Assembly (NCBI GenBank): GCA_965222375.1
Contig: CBDCTZ010000014.1
Span: 64,001-128,000 of the forward strand
Direction of reading: 5' to 3'
Origin: Polyangiaceae bacterium
GTDB taxonomy: Bacteria; Myxococcota_A; Polyangia; Polyangiales; Polyangiaceae
Length of the DNA: 64,000 bases
Part shown: in pieces, positions 59,051 to 64,000 of the stretch
Layout of the letters: every line of letters begins with the position of its first letter
How positions within the stretch are numbered: position 1 is the first letter of the stretch
Position numbers and translations under genes: made by a program
Notes under the pieces: generated by a model
The model's input: only the letters and a program-made list of their open reading frames with translations
Told to the model about the DNA's origin: nothing
Database searches by the model: none

Positions 59051-62000
59051 ATGAGCGGATTCGAGCGACTCCACTGGCGCTGCGGGGGCTCCGCCCCACG
59101 TGGTCCGTTCGCCCTGAGCTCGGCAAAGCGCCGCTACGAACGCAGTCGCCCTTTCGACATCACGCACCTCGCGTTGGATCTCCGCCTCGACTTGCCGAAG
59201 AAACAAGTCTTGGGCAGCGCGACTCTCAGCGTTCAGCGTGTGTCCGGACGCGCTGACATTTTCGAGCTAGACGCGGTGGGCTTCGCCATTCACGGCGTGG
59301 AGCTGGATGATGGCGCTGGCCTCGCTGACGCCGTGTACGACTACGACGGGGACATGTTGCGCATCAACATCCCTCGGGACCTGACCAAAGTAGACGTTCG
59401 AATCAGCTACACAGCAACTCCCGAGCGAGGGCTCTACTTCCTGGCCCCCGATAGCGAGGTCCCGGATCGCGCCGAGCAGGTTTGGAGTCAATGCCAGGAC
59501 GAGGATGGCCGGTACTGGTTCCCGTGTCATGACAAACCCCACGTCAAGATGACCACGGAGCTGCGGGTCGTCGTGCCTGCGGGGATGACCGCCCTTTCCA
59601 ACGGCGACCTGATCTTTCACGACACTCCGCAAACCGGCGACTCGTGGGTCTACCACTTCAAGCTGGACAAGCCTCATCCGAGCTACCTGATCACGCTGGC
59701 AGTCGGGCGCTTCGACGTCATTGCGGATCGCGACGCACGCGTGGGTGACCGGAGCATTGCGGTTACCTACTTGGTACCGCCGGGCAAGAAGGCGGAGGCC
59801 AAACGCAGCCTGGGTGAGACGCCCCGGATGATAGAGCTGTTTTCTCGGCTGACCGGCGTGGACTATCCCTTCAGCCGCTACTCGCAGGTCGTGGTGAGCG
59901 ACTTCATTTTCGGGGGCATGGAAAACACCACCGCCACGACCTTGTACGAGCACGTACTGCTCGACGAACGCGCCGCCCTGGACGTCAGCAGCCACGACTT
60001 GGTCGCGCATGAGCTGGCGCATCAGTGGTTTGGGGATTTGGTCACGTGTCGGGATTGGTCCCACGGCTGGCTCAACGAAGGATTCGCCACCTTCTTCGAA
60101 CACATCGAACGCGAAGATCGATTGGGCCTGGACGAATACGAGCACGGCGTGGATCGCGACCTTGCGGCGTACATCTCCGAGGCCGGGTCCCGCTACCAAC
60201 GCCCGGTCGTATGCCGCGAATACGAAGCCCCCATCGACCTATTCGACCGCCACCTTTACGAAAAGGGTGGTCTCGTGCTGCACATGTTGCGACGAGAGCT
60301 CGGAGACGCCGTGTTTTGGAGAGGCGTTGGCGACTATCTGCGGGCGCACGCCTACGGCATTGCCGAGACCATGAACTTCCAGCGAGCTTTGGAGCAGGTG
60401 AGCGGGCAGTCCCTGGACCAGTTCTTCGACCAATGGCTTCATCGGCCAGGTCACCCCACATTGCGAGTCAAGCTGCAGTGGGACGAAGACAAGCTTCACG
60501 TCAGCTTGAAACAGACCCAGAAGACCGGCGACACCGCGGTCTTCTGCTTCCCCCTCGAGGTTGCGGTCGCGGATTCGACGGGGAACGTGCGCCACTTCGA
60601 GAAGCTCGTTCGGGACAAGTCGGACGCGTTGACCATCGCCCTGGATGAGCGTCCGGCCTGGGTCGCGGTCGACCCTCACTTTCGCGTTGCCGCAGACTGG
60701 ACTTTGGATGCGCCAGCGGACTGGCTCAGGAAATGTCTCATGGACGCCGAGCCGGCCCGCGTGCGTATTCAAGCGGCGCGGGCACTTTCTCGCCGCCAGG
60801 ACGCGCCGACCATCGCGGCCCTGGGCGCCGCTTTGGCCAACGAGGCGCAAGCTTGGATGGTTCGCGGCCACGCCGCCCGCGCCCTGGGCAAGATCCGCGG
60901 AGACTCTGCTCTCGACGCGCTCCTGGCTTGCGCCGAGACCGAGCACCCCAAAGTTCGCCGTGCCGTCGCCAGCGCCCTCGGCAACTTCCGCGAAGGCCGC
61001 GCCGCGAAGGCCTTGAGTCGCTCGGCCAAGAAGGACATTTCGTACCTGGTCCAGGCCGAGTCATCTCGTGCCCTGGGGCGGACTCGACACAAGAACGCGG
61101 CGAAAGTACTGCCACCCTTGCTCGAGCGTTCTTCCTGGGCGGATGTGACTCGCGCCGGGGTGTTGGATGGGCTTTCCGCACTTCGGGATGAGGACCAGCT
61201 CGAGACCGTTGAGCGTTACACCCGCTACGGCGTTCCGGCTCGCGGGCGTCGAGCTGCCATCTCCGCGATGGCGCGTCTTTCTGATTCGCGAAAGACCCGA
61301 CAGCAGCTCGAAGACTTGCTCGAGGATCGCGACCCACATCTTCGGATGGACGTCGTGGCCGCGCTCGAAACCTTGGGGGATCCCAAGGCCCGGGGAGCCC
61401 TGTCGCGCTGCCTGGCCCGAGAGCTGGATGGGCGGGTCGTCCGTCGGATTCGAGAAGCGTTGCGAGAGCTCGGCACCAAGAGCAGCACCGAGCACAAACG
61501 GCTTTCCGACGAACTGGAAACCGTGCGGGGAGAGCTCAGCGAACTCAAGGTACGCCTGAGTAAGCTCGAGGGGCCTAAGAAGAGCAAGAAGGACAAGCCG
61601 CCGCGACTCGACAAGAAGTCGAAGCGCCGTCGTCGGCGACGTGAAGCGGCCAAAGCGGCGCAGGCAGCCCAGGCCACGACCCCGAAGGCCAGGCCGAAGA
61701 AAGCGACGCCCAAAAAGGTCGCCAAGAAGACCTCGCCAAAGAAGGCGGCGCCAAAGAAGGCGGCGCCAAAGAAGGCCACGGCCCAAAAGGCTACAGCGAA
61801 GAAGGTCAGCGCCAAGAAGGCGACCGCGAAGAAGGTCACCGCGAAGAAAACCACGCCGAGGCCCGCAAGAGCCAAGAAGGCCACGGCCAAGCGAGCCACG
61901 CCGAAGCAGGGTGCCAAGAAGGCGACGCCGAAGAAGCGCGAAACGAAGCGGGCTGCCGTAGCCGAGTCACGCGACAAGACGTCCGCGGCCAAAGCCAAGG

Positions 62001-62263
62001 CGAGGCGGAGCGGGGCCAAGAAGCCGATCGCCGACGCGGCCAGATCCAAGCTCGCGACGACCGGGAAATCCGCCACCAAGAAGCGTGCGCCGGCGAGAAA
62101 GCCTCGACGAGGGGCTACTTCGCCAGCGGCCAAAGCCCAGCGCCGCACAGCCGCTGCCAAGACGGTCAAGACCAAGGCCAAAGCCAAGAAGCCGACCCAA
62201 CGCCGGGGCAGTCAGGCCAAGCATGCCTCGAAGCCGAAGAAGACCCCGCGGAGCAAACGATGA
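59051..62263 (+). CDS. pepN: M1 aminopeptidase with HEAT repeats and histone H1-like Lys/Ala-rich tail
   Basis: [14 protein letters not shown]...NEGFA, YEKGG; HEAT repeats, coiled coil, then about 220 aa of KKAxxKK repeats. Confidence 0.9.
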   Translation: MSGFERLHWRCGGSAPRGPFALSSAKRRYERSRPFDITHLALDLRLDLPKKQVLGSATLSVQRVSGRADIFELDAVGFAIHGVELDDGAGLADAVYDYDGDMLRINIPRDLTKVDVRISYTATPERGLYFLAPDSEVPDRAEQVWSQCQDEDGRYWFPCHDKPHVKMTTELRVVVPAGMTALSNGDLIFHDTPQTGDSWVYHFKLDKPHPSYLITLAVGRFDVIADRDARVGDRSIAVTYLVPPGKKAEAKRSLGETPRMIELFSRLTGVDYPFSRYSQVVVSDFIFGGMENTTATTLYEHVLLDERAALDVSSHDLVAHELAHQWFGDLVTCRDWSHGWLNEGFATFFEHIEREDRLGLDEYEHGVDRDLAAYISEAGSRYQRPVVCREYEAPIDLFDRHLYEKGGLVLHMLRRELGDAVFWRGVGDYLRAHAYGIAETMNFQRALEQVSGQSLDQFFDQWLHRPGHPTLRVKLQWDEDKLHVSLKQTQKTGDTAVFCFPLEVAVADSTGNVRHFEKLVRDKSDALTIALDERPAWVAVDPHFRVAADWTLDAPADWLRKCLMDAEPARVRIQAARALSRRQDAPTIAALGAALANEAQAWMVRGHAARALGKIRGDSALDALLACAETEHPKVRRAVASALGNFREGRAAKALSRSAKKDISYLVQAESSRALGRTRHKNAAKVLPPLLERSSWADVTRAGVLDGLSALRDEDQLETVERYTRYGVPARGRRAAISAMARLSDSRKTRQQLEDLLEDRDPHLRMDVVAALETLGDPKARGALSRCLARELDGRVVRRIREALRELGTKSSTEHKRLSDELETVRGELSELKVRLSKLEGPKKSKKDKPPRLDKKSKRRRRRREAAKAAQAAQATTPKARPKKATPKKVAKKTSPKKAAPKKAAPKKATAQKATAKKVSAKKATAKKVTAKKTTPRPARAKKATAKRATPKQGAKKATPKKRETKRAAVAESRDKTSAAKAKARRSGAKKPIADAARSKLATTGKSATKKRAPARKPRRGATSPAAKAQRRTAAAKTVKTKAKAKKPTQRRGSQAKHASKPKKTPRSKR

Positions 62264-63045
62264 GCTCTGAGCCCCTTCTGATCGACGTGCGCGATGGCGC
62301 TGCCATCCTCACCCTCAACCGTCCAGATCGCATGAACGCGCTGTCGCGGGATTTGCTGTTGGCCCTCGGCGCAGCGCAGCAGACGGTCGCTGAAGACTCG
62401 AACGTGCGCGCAATCGTGATCACGGCTCAGGGTGAAAAAGCGTTCTGCGCCGGCGCCGATCTGAAAGAGCGGCGCGGGATGAGCATGGATGATGTGCGCT
62501 CGCAGCTCGCCTTGTATCGCACTCAACTCGGGTGGCTCGACGCATCGCCGATACCAGTGATTGCTGCCATCAACGGCGTCGCCTTCGGGGGTGGGTTGGA
62601 GCTCGCTCTGCTCTGCGATCTTCGCGTGGCCGCCCAGCACGCCAAGCTCGGCCTCCCGGAGACGGGGCTCGGCATCATCCCCGGCGCGGGCGGCACCCAG
62701 CGACTTCCACGCATCCTAGGCGAAGCCAAAGCCAAGGAACTGATCCTGTTGGGCAGCCGCCTGACCGCCCAACAGGCTGCTGATGTGGGTCTCATCAACC
62801 GGGTCACGCCCTCGGGCAAAGCCGTGCTCGAAGACACCATGGAGTGGATTGCGCCGATTCGGCAGGGCGCTCCGATTGCCCAAACTTCCGCCCTCGCCGC
62901 CATCGACGCGTCCTACGACACGACTCTGGCCCTGGGCTTGGAGCTGGAGCGGGTCTTCTACGACGAGTGCTTGCGCAGTGAGGATCGGGTCGAGGCCCTG
63001 CGGGCGTTTGCGGCCAAAGAAAAGCCGGTGTTTCGCGGCAAGTAG
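62260..63045 (+). CDS. Enoyl-CoA hydratase (methylglutaconyl-CoA hydratase-like)
   Basis: [45 protein letters not shown]. Confidence 0.92.
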   Translation: MSSEPLLIDVRDGAAILTLNRPDRMNALSRDLLLALGAAQQTVAEDSNVRAIVITAQGEKAFCAGADLKERRGMSMDDVRSQLALYRTQLGWLDASPIPVIAAINGVAFGGGLELALLCDLRVAAQHAKLGLPETGLGIIPGAGGTQRLPRILGEAKAKELILLGSRLTAQQAADVGLINRVTPSGKAVLEDTMEWIAPIRQGAPIAQTSALAAIDASYDTTLALGLELERVFYDECLRSEDRVEALRAFAAKEKPVFRGK

Positions 63046-63077
63046 CGCGCTGCCGCCGTCGAAGCTATGTGTCGTAT

Positions 63078-64000
63078 ATGGCACAGGATTTCGAGCCGCA
63101 AACTTCGCTGGACGTTCCGACTCACGAAGGGGAAGGCTTAGGCCTCGACGACGCGGGCATGAGTGCATTGCGTCAGGCCCTCAATGAATGGCGCGGGGGA
63201 GCCGTCAAGCGCAGCTTTGCGCGGATGCCACCTCGAAGGGAGAGCTTCCCGACCTGGAGCGGCATCGAACTACCAGACCTCGTGACTCCGGCGGACGTCG
63301 ACGTCGACTATATGCGCGACCTCGGGTTGCCTGGTGAGTACCCGTTCACGCGGGGTGTGCAGCCCACGATGTACCGTGGCCGGCTATGGACCATGCGGAT
63401 GTTCGCCGGCTTTGGCACGCCGCAGCAGACGAACGAGCGCTTTCGCTACTTGCTCAAAGAGGGGCAGACGGGTCTATCCACAGCTTTCGATTTCCCCACC
63501 CTGATGGGTTACGACTCGGATTCACCGCGGTCCTTGGGCGAAGTGGGCATGTGCGGCGTTGCCGTCGACACCTTGCGGGACATGGAGGTGCTATTCGACC
63601 AAATCCCGCTCAGCGACGTCACGACCAGTATGACCATCAACGGTCCTGCCATCGTGCTGCTCGCGTTCTATGTAGCCCTCGCCGACGCGCGCGGGATCTC
63701 TCGGGACAAGATTGGCGGGACGGTTCAGAACGATTGCCTGAAGGAGTTCATCGCGCAGCACGCGTGGCTGGTACCGCCGCGGCCGGCCATGCGACTCGTC
63801 ACGGATATGATCGAGTACTGCAGCAAAGAAGTCCCGCGTTGGAACACGGTGAGCATCAGCGGCTATCACATACGTGAAGCAGGGGCCACGGCGGCCCAGG
63901 AGCTGGCTTTCACCTTGGCGGACGGCCTGGGTTATGTCGAAAGCTGTTTGGAGCGGGGCCTCCCTGTCGACGAGTTCGCGCCGCGCTTGAGCTTCTTCTT
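63078..64000 (+). CDS. B12-dependent acyl-CoA mutase large subunit, isobutyryl-CoA mutase-like (3' truncated, absent from ORF track)
   Basis: [61 protein letters not shown]. Start 63078 or 63159. Confidence 0.92.
   Translation, partial: MAQDFEPQTSLDVPTHEGEGLGLDDAGMSALRQALNEWRGGAVKRSFARMPPRRESFPTWSGIELPDLVTPADVDVDYMRDLGLPGEYPFTRGVQPTMYRGRLWTMRMFAGFGTPQQTNERFRYLLKEGQTGLSTAFDFPTLMGYDSDSPRSLGEVGMCGVAVDTLRDMEVLFDQIPLSDVTTSMTINGPAIVLLAFYVALADARGISRDKIGGTVQNDCLKEFIAQHAWLVPPRPAMRLVTDMIEYCSKEVPRWNTVSISGYHIREAGATAAQELAFTLADGLGYVESCLERGLPVDEFAPRLSFF

Overview
GC-rich myxobacterial-type (Polyangiaceae-like, inferred from gene content) chromosomal segment with about 55 genes. Housekeeping and metabolic genes include pfkA, a cyclophilin, rlmI, lnt, HU, ybeY, transaldolase, apbE, recD2, an M1 aminopeptidase, an enoyl-CoA hydratase and a partial acyl-CoA mutase. 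Typical myxobacterial families include PilZ proteins, two Ser/Thr kinase + TPR/PEGA pairs, DUF1552/DUF1592, AgmX/GltJ-like and TraB-like proteins, and many Gly-rich lipoproteins. The most striking structure is an IS110-family element on the minus strand at 2724-4395. It has inserted at an AGGA core into one arm of a REP-like inverted repeat, and the intact sister arm lies about 200 bp away at 2487-2512. Its long non-coding right end encodes a two-loop RNA whose loop sequences can be read directly as guides for the REP target, for the element's own ends and for the post-recombination junctions, i.e. a candidate bridge/seek RNA. The recombinase gene itself is broken by an internal deletion with frameshift. 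Other observations: a symmetric bidirectional -10 palindrome, widespread apparently leaderless genes, an aminopeptidase with a histone H1-like tail, a cyclic-nucleotide-binding Na+/H+ antiporter, a mutase with isobutyryl-CoA-type specificity residues, several disrupted genes and a small gene missed by the ORF track. No rRNA, tRNA or CRISPR array was seen. All family assignments are by motif recognition; no searches were run.
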